Positions 1 to 9,047 of a stretch of 64,000 nt of DNA are shown here, in pieces. Where the stretch lies: assembly GCA_964462545.1 (NCBI GenBank), contig CAYWXR010000007.1:1581-65580 (forward strand), in the 5' to 3' direction. A program made the translations under genes and the position numbers. The notes under the pieces are model-generated. The model did no database searches, was not told where the DNA came from, and saw nothing but the letters and a program-made list of their open reading frames with translations. This stretch comes from an uncultured Thermomicrobiales bacterium (GTDB lineage Bacteria; Chloroflexota; Chloroflexia; Thermomicrobiales; CFX8). Each line of letters starts with the position of its first letter. The first letter of the stretch is position 1.

Positions 1-912
1 AAACAGTAGCGCTCCGGAAAGTGCACCGGCGCCGCTGGCTGCCATCAACATGCCAAGGCCGGTTGAGCCAATCTCGAGAACGTCACGCGCAAACACCGGC
101 AGCATCTGGAGATACGGCATCGCGATGACGGTCGGAACAGCCGCCATCAGGATCAGACCTGAAAGAATCGGCAGCGACCTGATGTAGCTAAACCCGTCGA
201 CGACATTCTGGACAACGCCAGCCTTGACCCGGTGTTGGTCATTGCCTTTGCCGAGATCCATCTGGTAGCTGGTGATCAGTGCCCAGATGAAACCAATGGT
301 CTGGATCAGGAAACAGATCGCGGTACCGACTGCAGCAATCAACACACCGGCCAGTGACGGCCCGACGATACGGGTGGCATTCTGGCCGGCAGAGTTCAAC
401 GCTATGGCGTTCGCGATGTTGTCCCGCGGCACGACGCTCGGCACCAGGGCCTGCCGGACCGGGGAGACAAATGCCATCGCTGTGCCACCAAGAATTGACA
501 GCACGATCACGTGCCAGGGCTCGATGATGTCCAGGAAAACCAGTGCAGTCAACACCAGGGCCACAACGGCTGCTGCTGCCTGGGAGAGCATCATCAGCGC
601 CTTGCGGCTCATCCTGTCGGCCAGAACACCGGCCGGCAGTGAAAAGAAGAGCATCGGGATGCCACGTGCAAACCCGACATATCCGAGGAACGCAGGGGAG
701 TCGGTTAGCTCAAGGACCAGCCAGCCCAGCGCGATCTGCTGCATCCACTGACCGTTTTGGGTAACAACGGTGCCTGTCCAGAGCAGACGGTAGTTGCGAT
801 GGGCAAAGGCGGCGAGGATTCCGCGGGTGAATCTCCCTGCGGGCCACTCGCCGCGTGGAGTCGCCTTCGGACTCCGGGACGTTCCTGTGTGTGGTTCATC
901 TGTTCCTGTCAC
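1..912 (-). CDS. MFS transporter (EntS/DUF894-like), C-terminal part cut by left window edge
   Basis: Absent from the ORF track because it runs off the edge. Manual reverse translation from GTG 912 (GGAGAGG about 10 nt upstream) is open for 304 codons to position 1: ..FTRGILAAFAHRNYRLLWTGTVVTQNGQWMQQIALGWLVLELTDSPAFLGYVGFARGIPMLFFSLPAGVLADR.. This is the typical MFS N-terminal TM pattern. The plus-strand ORFs 272-751 and 543-764 are its shadows. Confidence 0.8.
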   Translation of the reverse strand, partial: MTGTDEPHTGTSRSPKATPRGEWPAGRFTRGILAAFAHRNYRLLWTGTVVTQNGQWMQQIALGWLVLELTDSPAFLGYVGFARGIPMLFFSLPAGVLADRMSRKALMMLSQAAAAVVALVLTALVFLDIIEPWHVIVLSILGGTAMAFVSPVRQALVPSVVPRDNIANAIALNSAGQNATRIVGPSLAGVLIAAVGTAICFLIQTIGFIWALITSYQMDLGKGNDQHRVKAGVVQNVVDGFSYIRSLPILSGLILMAAVPTVIAMPYLQMLPVFARDVLEIGSTGLGMLMAASGAGALSGALLF

Positions 913-999
913 GGCCTCATTTCCTCTCCGCGACAATACCGCGAGAGTCTAGCATGAGTCCGTCAGGAGTGAACGTATATCTTCGGGAATCGTGACAAT

Positions 1000-1500
1000 C
1001 TATTCCGGTTGCAGTTCCGCATAGTAGGTCTGCTGGGCTTCGAGGTAGTCATCAAAGTTGGGCAGTGGCAGGTTGTCGCGGGATGCTGTCAGCATGTCGA
1101 GGTAGTACTCCCAGCCGGGGCCGACATATTCAACCGGGATGCCATCGTCCAGATGGTGGATCAGGACAAGGGTCGTTACGCCGTCTGATTCGCTGAGACG
1201 TACTTCCAGTCGCCAGTCGCCGTATTCGTCATTCATTGTGTTCAACGCGAGGTAGGTTGGAGCGTCGCAGTCGACGATCCTGACGGTGCTGACGTTGTCG
1301 CCCTCCTCGAAGAGCATGTTGACATGGATGATCCCGCCAGGACGTGCATCGCCGGTCCAGGAGCCGAACCAGCGGGCAGTGCGTTCGGATTCGGTGATGC
1401 TCGCCCAGACATCCTCGATTGGCGCACGGTAAACGCGCTCGAGTGCAAGGTCACGGCCATCGACCGTCGAAAGAATCCTGCCAGTGGGGGCGAGTTTCAT
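1000..1500 (-). CDS. SRPBCC/AHSA1 (Aha1-like START-fold) domain protein
   Basis: 166 aa. The RVYRAPIEDVWASITESERTARWFG..WEYYLDML pattern is typical of Aha1-domain proteins. Its start overlaps the upstream ArsR stop by 4 nt, the classic ArsR-AHSA1 pair. Confidence 0.8.
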   Translation of the reverse strand: MKLAPTGRILSTVDGRDLALERVYRAPIEDVWASITESERTARWFGSWTGDARPGGIIHVNMLFEEGDNVSTVRIVDCDAPTYLALNTMNDEYGDWRLEVRLSESDGVTTLVLIHHLDDGIPVEYVGPGWEYYLDMLTASRDNLPLPNFDDYLEAQQTYYAELQPE

Positions 1501-1862
1501 GCGGTGCTCCTTTTCGAATCGGTCTTTCCGGCCTCATGCGCCATCCGTTCGCGCCGTGTACGGTGGACTTCAGTTTCCAGCGCATCCAGTGCTGTTGACC
1601 AGTCAACCCGGAACCGCAAGAGCCAGTTTTCGATCTCGGCAAATGCGGCCGGGTTCAGGCGATACAGCCGTTCCCGTCGATCGGGTTGTTCCGGTGCAGC
1701 TACCACCAGGCCACTCTCACGCAACAGGCGCAGGTGGCGGCTGATGGCAGGGCGACTGATCGGGAACGTTGCCGCAATTGCACCCGCCGTTAGCGGTCCC
1801 TTGCGGAGGAGTTCCAGAATGTCCCGTCTCACGGGGTCGGCGATGGCTGAAAACGTGTCCAT
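1497..1862 (-). CDS. ArsR/SmtB family transcriptional regulator
   Basis: 121 aa. Winged-HTH signature FSAIADPVRRDILELL..GPLTAGAIAATFPISRPAISRHLRLLRESGLV. Confidence 0.9.
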   Translation of the reverse strand: MDTFSAIADPVRRDILELLRKGPLTAGAIAATFPISRPAISRHLRLLRESGLVVAAPEQPDRRERLYRLNPAAFAEIENWLLRFRVDWSTALDALETEVHRTRRERMAHEAGKTDSKRSTA

Positions 1863-1868
1863 GGTAGA

Positions 1869-1897
1869 AATGTAACCGATTGGTTACATATTGGCAA
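1869..1897 (-). promoter_or_regulatory. Candidate leaderless promoter of arsR (TTGCCA-17-TACATT) with embedded 8-4-8 palindrome (candidate operator)
   Basis: Minus strand: TTGCCA (1897-1892), 17-nt spacer, TACATT (1874-1869), then 6 nt to ATG 1862 with no SD. A perfect inverted repeat ATGTAACC-N4-GGTTACAT at 1870-1889 fills the spacer and the -10. Confidence 0.5.
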
Positions 1898-2001
1898 ACG
1901 AATGTCAGAAAGGATCTGCCGGGGAAAGTTCCGGGTTATCATTGACATAGTTGCCGTTTCTGCACTCCCTCGGAAGGGGACACGTTACAACGGGTGACAA
2001 G

Positions 2002-2382
2002 ATGACGACGGACCTGTATGCATTTGAGGAACTTTGCCGGGAAATCCTCTCACCCGGTGCAGTCGGCACGTTGGGAAGACTGCAGGACGAGATTCTGACG
2101 ATCTACGATCTGCCCCACCTGCTTGATGCCCAGCTCCCGGCGCTCGACCGGCCCGAGCACGCCGAGAAACTCCGCAGCCGCCTGCAACGTGTAGTCAGGT
2201 TGCTTCCTGCCGGAGTTTCCCCGATGCCGAACGAAATCTTTACGGCGATCGAGTTTCTGGTCTATGAGGTCCACGAACGCCCGATCCGGATCGGTGAGGC
2301 GATCGTGCGTCTGGAACTGCTGGCCGAGGAGATTCGCGAACGTCCGCTGCTCCACGACCTGATCACCGGGCGGGCCAACTAA
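2002..2382 (+). CDS. hypothetical protein
   Basis: The ORF is open from 1951 (TTG) and the first ATG is at 2002 (MTTDLYAFEELCREIL..). I recognise no family. The opposite-strand ORF 2050-2355 looks like a shadow. Confidence 0.5.
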   Translation: MTTDLYAFEELCREILSPGAVGTLGRLQDEILTIYDLPHLLDAQLPALDRPEHAEKLRSRLQRVVRLLPAGVSPMPNEIFTAIEFLVYEVHERPIRIGEAIVRLELLAEEIRERPLLHDLITGRAN

Positions 2383-2391
2383 CCCGGAACG

Positions 2392-3291
2392 CTAGTCCTC
2401 AGGGAACGCCAGGGTGGTCTTCAGCCCCGGATATCCGATTTGTGCCAGCGAGAAGACTGCCGTGGCATTCTCCAGATGATCTTCCGGAACCTCAACCATC
2501 GGGCTGAAGTGGGTCATCCAGAGTTCCCGGCTGTTGCTGTCACGGGCGATAGTGGCTGCCTGGCGGAACGTCATATGGCCGCGTTCCAATGCCCGCTGTT
2601 CTTCGTCGTCGGTGCCAAACATTGCCTCGCAGATCAGGAGTTCGCTGCCCTCGACAAATGGCGCAATGCCATCGAACCAGCTGGTGTCGGTGATCAGGCT
2701 CATGGTGATGCCCTCACGCGGCGGCCCCAGGACATCTTCCGGCTTTACATCACCTACCGGTTCACCGCGTTGAAGGTGCTTCCAGTCGTCCATCGGTACA
2801 CCAAGCGCCTCGGCACGCTCCGGGTCAAAACGTGGTGCCCGGGGAATATCGATCCGGTAGCCCAGGCAGGGAATCTTGTGGACAAGTTGCAGTGTGGAAA
2901 TCCTGATGTCTTCGGTCAGGTCAAACTCCTGACCGCCGGTGATTTCTGCAACCCGTAACTCATAGGGAAGTCGTCCGACGATTGTAATGAGGTGCTGGAC
3001 AATCTCGGCAGTCCGTTCCGGGCCAAAGATGGTCACCGGTTCGGTACGTCCACTGTAGGCGATCTGGAAGAGCACACCCGGCAGTCCGGCGATGTGGTCG
3101 GCGTGGAGATGGCTGAGCAGCAGTGTGCCGAGATGCCGGTAGTTGAACTGGGATTTTCGCCAGTTTACCTGGGTCCCCTCACCGCAGTCGAAGAGAATGG
3201 TTTCGGAACCAACCCGGAACGCAACCGCCGAGAGCGGGCGGTCCGGCAGCGGCATCATCCCGCCATGACCGAGCAAACAGACATCCAGCAC
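2392..3291 (-). CDS. rnz: ribonuclease Z (MBL fold)
   Basis: 299 aa. LLGHGGMMPLPDRPLSA.., metallo-beta-lactamase motif SHLHADH, and a length and layout typical of short RNase Z. Confidence 0.85.
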   Translation of the reverse strand: MLDVCLLGHGGMMPLPDRPLSAVAFRVGSETILFDCGEGTQVNWRKSQFNYRHLGTLLLSHLHADHIAGLPGVLFQIAYSGRTEPVTIFGPERTAEIVQHLITIVGRLPYELRVAEITGGQEFDLTEDIRISTLQLVHKIPCLGYRIDIPRAPRFDPERAEALGVPMDDWKHLQRGEPVGDVKPEDVLGPPREGITMSLITDTSWFDGIAPFVEGSELLICEAMFGTDDEEQRALERGHMTFRQAATIARDSNSRELWMTHFSPMVEVPEDHLENATAVFSLAQIGYPGLKTTLAFPED

Positions 3292-3417
3292 GAACCAACA
3301 TCCGATCCGGAAACGACTCTACCGGCTCTGATGCTAACAGACGCGGGAGTCTCTGGCGCAGCCTGCCGATTCCGGGTACTGTAGACGTCGCTGAAGATGA
3401 TCTGACGGAACAGGGGC

Positions 3418-5010
3418 GTGAGGATGACCGGCCGGCCGAATACCTATGCAGAGAACGGGATTGTGGCAACACCGCACTACCTGGCAAGCCAGGCGGGCCT
3501 GCGGATGTTGCAGGAGGGCGGCAACGCCGTTGACGCCATCATTGCCGCCAACGCAGTGCTGAATGTGGTCTACCCCCACCAGTGTCACATCGGTGGCGAC
3601 CTGTTTGCGATCGTCTGGAACCCGGCCGACCAGACGCTGATCGGTCTGAATGCTTCCGGTCCGGCTCCTGTCGGGGAAAGCATCGACCGGTTACGCTCGA
3701 TGGGGCATGAAGAAATGCCGCTTCGCGGAGCATTGACGGTCAGCGTTCCGGGCACCGCCGGGGGATGGCAGGAACTCTCCAATCGCTTCGGACGGTTTGG
3801 GCTGGACCGGGTGCTGGCACCGGCAATCGGATATGCGCGTGACGGTGCCCCGATGTCGCGTCTCTTCGTTGAGGCAGTTCAGGTCAATACCGAATTGCTA
3901 AAGCAAAACGCCGGGGCAACTGACCTGTTTCTCGGCAAGGTGAGTCGCGGTGGAGACGTATTCCGGCAGCCGAACCTTGCGAAGACGTTCATGCGGATTG
4001 CCGCCAACGGACGCGATGGCTTCTATACCGGCGAGACTGCCGAGGATGTTGTTCGCACACTGCAGGCGAATGGCTCGGCGATGAGTCTCGAAGACCTGGC
4101 TTCCTACCAGCCGGAGTGGGTGACACCGGTCCGGACGACCTACCGCGATATCGAGTTGCTGGAGATGCCGGCCAACACCCAGGGGCCGGCGGCGCTGATG
4201 CTGGCCAATATTGTCGAAGGCTGGCCGGTGAGTGAAATGGGACACACGACGGCAGCCGGTGTTCATGCATGGATCGAGGCGAAGCATTGCGCCTGGCACG
4301 AGCGCGATACACACATCGCTGATCCACGTTTCCATGACGTTCCGACCGACCGCTTCCTCGACAAGCAGGTTGCGGCTGCCTACCGGGAACGCATCGATCT
4401 GGAGCGCGCCAGCGACCCGGCACTGCTGGCCAGTGAAGACGGCGATACCGTCTACCTTTGTGCTGTTGACCGCGACGGGATGGCTGTCTCGTTGATCCAG
4501 AGCGTCTACCACAACTTCGGTTCGGGCATCGTCGCGCCGGAAGCCGGAGTACTGTTCCAGAACCGCGCAGCGGCCTTCTCGCTTGATCCGAAAAGCTCCA
4601 ATGCCCTGCAACCGGGCAAGCGTCCTCGACACACACTTATTCCGGCCATGATTCTTCGGGATGGTATTCCGGAGGTGGTATTCGGCACGATGGGTGCTGA
4701 CGGTCAGGCCCAGACGCACCTGCAATTGCTGCTGGGCATGGTCGATTTCGGGCTGGAACCACAAGATGCTATCGAGGTTCCGCGCTGGCGCTCGACGGTC
4801 GACCCGGATGGTCGGGTCTGGGTGCTGGTAGACCAGCACATGAGCCAGGAAACCGTCGAGGGGCTAACCGCAATGGGCCACGAGGTGGTTCGTGGACGGA
4901 TGTGGGACTCGGCACTTGGCCACGCCCAGGCGATCCGGATCGACCGTCAGCGCGGCATCCTGATTGGCGGGGCCGACCCGCGTGGCGATGGTATTGCGGC
5001 TGGCTGGTGA
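3418..5010 (+). CDS. ggt: gamma-glutamyltransferase family protein
   Basis: 530 aa. N-terminal GIVATPHYLASQAGLRMLQEGGNAVDA and the autoprocessing/nucleophile region GDTVYLCAVDRDGMAVSLIQSVYHNFGSGIVAPEAGVLFQNR. Start is 3418 (GTG) or 3424 (ATG). Confidence 0.9.
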   Translation: MRMTGRPNTYAENGIVATPHYLASQAGLRMLQEGGNAVDAIIAANAVLNVVYPHQCHIGGDLFAIVWNPADQTLIGLNASGPAPVGESIDRLRSMGHEEMPLRGALTVSVPGTAGGWQELSNRFGRFGLDRVLAPAIGYARDGAPMSRLFVEAVQVNTELLKQNAGATDLFLGKVSRGGDVFRQPNLAKTFMRIAANGRDGFYTGETAEDVVRTLQANGSAMSLEDLASYQPEWVTPVRTTYRDIELLEMPANTQGPAALMLANIVEGWPVSEMGHTTAAGVHAWIEAKHCAWHERDTHIADPRFHDVPTDRFLDKQVAAAYRERIDLERASDPALLASEDGDTVYLCAVDRDGMAVSLIQSVYHNFGSGIVAPEAGVLFQNRAAAFSLDPKSSNALQPGKRPRHTLIPAMILRDGIPEVVFGTMGADGQAQTHLQLLLGMVDFGLEPQDAIEVPRWRSTVDPDGRVWVLVDQHMSQETVEGLTAMGHEVVRGRMWDSALGHAQAIRIDRQRGILIGGADPRGDGIAAGW

Positions 5011-5013
5011 CCG

Positions 5014-5487
5014 CTAGTGGGGCAGGTGTCCGTTGCTGTGCTGACGGGCACCTGACGTTACTGTCCGCCGGATTTGTAATGCCAGCGCACCTGACTGCTC
5101 AGGCGTGATGTGGCAAACAAAACTCGGGTTTTCGTCGTCTTCGTCGGTGATTTCGTGCGCGAGGATGGTAATCAGGTTACGCTCTTCATCGAACCCGACA
5201 GCAAGGCGCCCAACCTGATATTCGGATGGGCCGAAAATCACCGGCCGTTCCGGTTGTTCGGCAGTGATCGGTACAAGGTCGGCAACCACGCCGGCACCTT
5301 CGAGTTGGGTCAGAATCTGCTCGAAGGCGATACCCAGCGCCTGAAGTTGCTGCTTTTCCATCCAGAGGAGGGCGGCCTGGGACATGGTGGAAACAACCAG
5401 CCGGAAGCGACGGCGGCCGGGAGGTCCAATTGCTTCGGCCTCGACGCGGACAACATCATCAAATTCGCGGCGTTGCAATGGTTGCAC
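5014..5487 (-). CDS. DUF3090 family protein (short C-terminus)
   Basis: 157 aa. ..VEAEAIGPPGRRRFRLVV..ALLWMEKQQLQALG.. matches my memory of the DUF3090/TIGR03847 family. The C-terminus ends ..SGARQHSNGHLPH without the usual Cys-rich segment. Confidence 0.65.
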   Translation of the reverse strand: MQPLQRREFDDVVRVEAEAIGPPGRRRFRLVVSTMSQAALLWMEKQQLQALGIAFEQILTQLEGAGVVADLVPITAEQPERPVIFGPSEYQVGRLAVGFDEERNLITILAHEITDEDDENPSFVCHITPEQSGALALQIRRTVTSGARQHSNGHLPH

Positions 5488-5602
5488 TTCTTTCCTGCTG
5501 ACGGTTCTGCCGGCGCAATCCCTGCCGGCGCCGGTTCTGACAGGATACTATACTGGCTGATTGTGCCCTCAACGGTCGTTTGAACCCCGGACCGGGAAGG
5601 TG

Positions 5603-6574
5603 ATGTACATGCACATCGTGGTGATCGGTGCCGGCGCAATGGGCGGATACTTCGGCGCACGGCTCGCTGCTGCCGGCCATGATGTTGTCCTCTATGACAC
5701 CAACACCGAACATGTCGAGGCGATCCAGCAACGTGGTCTGTTCATCGAAGGGCCGGATGGTACCCAGGTGCGGTACCAGGTTGCGGCAACTGCTGAACCG
5801 CCTGTGTCGTTGCGTGGTGCCGACCTGATCCTGTTGCACGTGAAGGGCTACCAGACCCAACAGGCATTGATGCCGCTTGAACCGCGTATCAACCCGGAAA
5901 GCATGATTCTCTCGATGCAGAACGGGTTGGGAAACCTCGAAGCAATGGAGCGGACGCTTCCCAACCACCAGCGCCTGCTGGTGGGAACGACGGCTCACGG
6001 CGCCTCGATGATCGCGCCGGGCAAGATCCGGCATGCAGGTAGTGGGCCGACAGCGATCGGTGACCCGATGACCAACCGGCATCCCAGGCTCAACCTGACG
6101 CCTATCCAGGACGCGTTCAACGAAGCAGGGATCGTTACGACGATCAGTGACAACATCTTCGCCCAGATCTGGCAGAAACTGGCTGCCAACGTGGCCATCA
6201 ACCCGATCTCGGCGATTACCGGTATTCGCAATGGCCAGGTGCTGAACGATCCTGCCTTGCTGGAACTGGCAGACGCTGCCGTCGACGAACTGACTGCCGT
6301 TGCCGAGGCCGCCGGAATTGAGGTTGCGCCGAACAGTTATCACACGTTTGCCCGGCAGGTGATGCGTGATACTGCCCAGAACTATTCATCCATGCTGATT
6401 GACCTGCGCAACGGACGGCGCACGGAAATCGACTCGATTTGCGGTGCGATTGCCGCAATCGGTGCAGAACTCGGTGTCCCGACGCCGGTGAATCGCTGGT
6501 TGACCGCGTTGGTCAAGAACAGGGAGAAGGCCAACCGGGAATCGAATCAGGAAAGGACTGCTGGACGTGAGTGA
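5603..6574 (+). CDS. panE: 2-dehydropantoate 2-reductase
   Basis: MYMHIVVIGAGAMGGYFGARLAAAGHDV Rossmann N-terminus and ApbA/PanE layout. The ORF is open from 5561. ATG 5603 follows GGGAAGG. The stop overlaps the panB start by 8 nt. Confidence 0.85.
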   Translation: MYMHIVVIGAGAMGGYFGARLAAAGHDVVLYDTNTEHVEAIQQRGLFIEGPDGTQVRYQVAATAEPPVSLRGADLILLHVKGYQTQQALMPLEPRINPESMILSMQNGLGNLEAMERTLPNHQRLLVGTTAHGASMIAPGKIRHAGSGPTAIGDPMTNRHPRLNLTPIQDAFNEAGIVTTISDNIFAQIWQKLAANVAINPISAITGIRNGQVLNDPALLELADAAVDELTAVAEAAGIEVAPNSYHTFARQVMRDTAQNYSSMLIDLRNGRRTEIDSICGAIAAIGAELGVPTPVNRWLTALVKNREKANRESNQERTAGRE

Positions 6575-7418
6575 GGCACGCCGTAAGCTGACAGCCCCCG
6601 ACATACGGGAGATGAAGTCCGAGGGCCGCAAGATTGTCATGGTTACTGCCTACGACTATCCAACGGCAAGAGCAGTCGATGCCGCCGGACTTGAAGCGAT
6701 TCTGGTAGGCGACTCGCTCGGGATGGTGGTGCTTGGCTATGACTCAACCGTTCCGGTGACGATGGAGGACATGCTCCACCACACCCGGGCGGTGATGCGT
6801 GGTGTTGAGACGGTGCATGTCGTTGCTGACCTGCCGTTCATGTCCTACCAGATTTCCGATGAGCAGGCCGTCGAGAATGCCGGTCGCCTGATCAAGGAGG
6901 GTGGAGCCGACGCGGTCAAACTGGAAGGCGGCGAAGTTGTTGCCTCACGGATCCGTGCAATTGTTCGATCCGGCATTCCGGTGATGGCACATATTGGTTT
7001 GACCCCGCAATCCGCTGCATCACTCGGTGGGTTCCGGGTGCAGGGACGTTCACTGGAAGCCGCCCGGGCAATACTGAACGATGCATTTGCTGTCCAGGAG
7101 GCCGGCGCGTACAGCGTTGTCGTCGAGGCTGTTCCACGTCAATTGGGCCGGATTATCACCGAGCGTCTGGACATTCCGACCATCGGGATCGGGGCCGGCG
7201 TGGATTGCGATGGCCAGGTGCTGGTGAACGCCGACATGCTTGGCGCCTACGACAAGTTCACGCCGCGCTTCGCCAAACGATATGCCGGGATGCAGGACGT
7301 GATGCAGGCTGCCTTCAGGGAGTATGCTGAAGAGGTGCGCGCGGGTGTGTTCCCTGCGAACGAACATGGGTTCGCGATGAATCGCGAGGTCGTTCAGCAA
7401 CTGGAACAATCCGGGTAA
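6567..7418 (+). CDS. panB: 3-methyl-2-oxobutanoate hydroxymethyltransferase
   Basis: 283 aa. KIVMVTAYDYPTARAVDAAGLEAILVGDSLGMVVLGYDSTVPVTMEDMLHHTRAV.. is the canonical PanB sequence. Confidence 0.95.
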   Translation: MSEARRKLTAPDIREMKSEGRKIVMVTAYDYPTARAVDAAGLEAILVGDSLGMVVLGYDSTVPVTMEDMLHHTRAVMRGVETVHVVADLPFMSYQISDEQAVENAGRLIKEGGADAVKLEGGEVVASRIRAIVRSGIPVMAHIGLTPQSAASLGGFRVQGRSLEAARAILNDAFAVQEAGAYSVVVEAVPRQLGRIITERLDIPTIGIGAGVDCDGQVLVNADMLGAYDKFTPRFAKRYAGMQDVMQAAFREYAEEVRAGVFPANEHGFAMNREVVQQLEQSG

Positions 7419-7544
7419 CCAACGTACCCGGTGCGAGATTACATCCACATCGGGTTCTGTATACTCGCGGGCTGACGGTGGGCAGGCCACCATCTTGACC
7501 CGACCGAGATCTGCCGGTGTGACCGGCTGCAAAATGGAGATGGC

Positions 7545-8906
7545 ATGAAGAGATTCAGCCGGATATTTCTGCTGACAGGTGTCCTGGCGTTGATGCTGCC
7601 GCTGCTGGTTGCGTGCGGAGGGGATGACGATGACCCGACGACTGCGCCAACCGTAACGCCCGTAACAAGTGCCCCGACCGGGACGGAAGCGGAAGATCCA
7701 ACCGCGACCGACGAACCTGCTGCCGATGAACCAACCGCGACAACTGCTTCGTCAGAACCAACCTCAACGACAGCGCCTGAACCGACGGCGACAACAGAAG
7801 CAGCAGACCCGACTGCGACCGAAGGCACCGCTGCCGATCCAACCGCAACCCAGGCGCAGCAGCCCACCGAGCCACCGGCAATAGGAACATTTGCCTACGG
7901 CTGGAACGTTGCCCTGCGTGGTGATGAGGATGGCCGCAACCACAACTTCGGCACCAACATTCTTGTGCAGCAGAGTGGGTTCGGCTGGGTCCGTTTCCAG
8001 ATGGAGTGGAGCCAGTTCCAGCGTGGTCCGGAATCATGGGACCCGCTGCCAATGGACCGCGTCATCCAGGACGTGTACTCAAGTGGTTTGAACATTCTGG
8101 TGACGGTTGCCAAGGCGCCGGACTGGGCGCTCGATCCCACCGGGGAGCAACTTCTATCGGATTACTCCACATTTGAAGAGTTTATGGCCTTCGTTTCGGA
8201 TCGCTACAAGGGCCGCGTGCAAGCCTGGGAGATCTGGAACGAGCAGAACCTTGCCCATGAGGTGAATGGAACAGTCCGGGCGCAGGATTACCTTGATTTG
8301 CTCCGGGCAGGACATGCCGGCATCAAGCGCGGCGACCCCAATGCCCTGGTAGTCTTTGGCGGTCTGACGCCGAACGGCGTCAACGATCCGTCCATTGCCA
8401 TTGACGATGTGCAGTACATGGAAGAGATCTACGCCCTGAATGACGGGGAGATCAAGCAGTACTACGACATCATGGGTGTCCACGTTTCGGCTACCCAGAC
8501 CTCGCCGGACCACGATTGGCCGGACAATCCGGGCCCTGAAGCATGGGGCGACCACCCGAGTTTCTACTTCCGGCGAGCCGAGGACCTGCGTGAGGTGATG
8601 CTGGCCAACGGTGATGGCGACACGAAGATGTGGCTGACCGAATTTGGCTGGACCACCGAGAACCAGGCTCCCGGCTATGAATATGGCCAGTTCAATACGG
8701 AAGAAGATGTCGCCAACTACCTCGTGCGGGCGTTCGAGATCATGACCACCGAGTGGGATTTTGTCTCCGGTGCGTTCGTCTGGAACCTCAACTGGTCGAC
8801 ACTGGTTGATCCCGCGGACGAGAAGTACCCATGGTCGGCGGTGAATAACGACTGGTCGCTACGACCTGCCTACGAGGCCGTCCGCGATATGCAGAAACTG
8901 CCGTAA
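7545..8906 (+). CDS. secreted lipoprotein, clan GH-A (GH5-like) glycoside hydrolase with Thr/Pro/Ala/Glu-rich tether
   Basis: Signal peptide plus lipobox LLVAC-G. A low-complexity linker of about 90 aa carries repeated DPTAT/EPTAT. The TIM-barrel motifs are WEIWNEQN (acid/base NE) and MWLTEFGW (nucleophile E). Confidence 0.75.
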   Translation: MKRFSRIFLLTGVLALMLPLLVACGGDDDDPTTAPTVTPVTSAPTGTEAEDPTATDEPAADEPTATTASSEPTSTTAPEPTATTEAADPTATEGTAADPTATQAQQPTEPPAIGTFAYGWNVALRGDEDGRNHNFGTNILVQQSGFGWVRFQMEWSQFQRGPESWDPLPMDRVIQDVYSSGLNILVTVAKAPDWALDPTGEQLLSDYSTFEEFMAFVSDRYKGRVQAWEIWNEQNLAHEVNGTVRAQDYLDLLRAGHAGIKRGDPNALVVFGGLTPNGVNDPSIAIDDVQYMEEIYALNDGEIKQYYDIMGVHVSATQTSPDHDWPDNPGPEAWGDHPSFYFRRAEDLREVMLANGDGDTKMWLTEFGWTTENQAPGYEYGQFNTEEDVANYLVRAFEIMTTEWDFVSGAFVWNLNWSTLVDPADEKYPWSAVNNDWSLRPAYEAVRDMQKLP

Positions 8907-8931
8907 TTCACACAAACATTCCAGAAGGTCC

Positions 8932-8973
8932 ACATCGCCCGGACGCATGCCGCGTCCGGGCGATGTGTTTGTT
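8932..8973 (+). terminator. intrinsic terminator after GH lipoprotein gene
   Basis: Perfect 15-bp stem ACATCGCCCGGACGC / GCGTCCGGGCGATGT with a 5-nt loop, followed by GTTTGTT. Confidence 0.7.
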
Positions 8974-9047
8974 ATCAACGGGGAAGAAAGTCGTTTGTTC
9001 CGCTATGATCGTGCAAACTGACGTTGGACAGGACAAGCGGAGGCGGA

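Noticed and set aside
272-957. Several 60-160-aa ORFs on both strands in the first 1 kb
   Set aside because: All overlap the edge-truncated MFS transporter frame, which has clear TM-helix periodicity. They are alternative-frame artefacts.
7640-7870. Repetitive DNA (GATCCAACCGCGACC-like units) that might suggest a tandem repeat or CRISPR-like array
   Set aside because: The units are imperfect and irregularly spaced, and they lie inside a coding low-complexity linker ((D/E)PTAT). There is no repeat-spacer structure. The 142-165-aa antisense ORFs here are artefacts.
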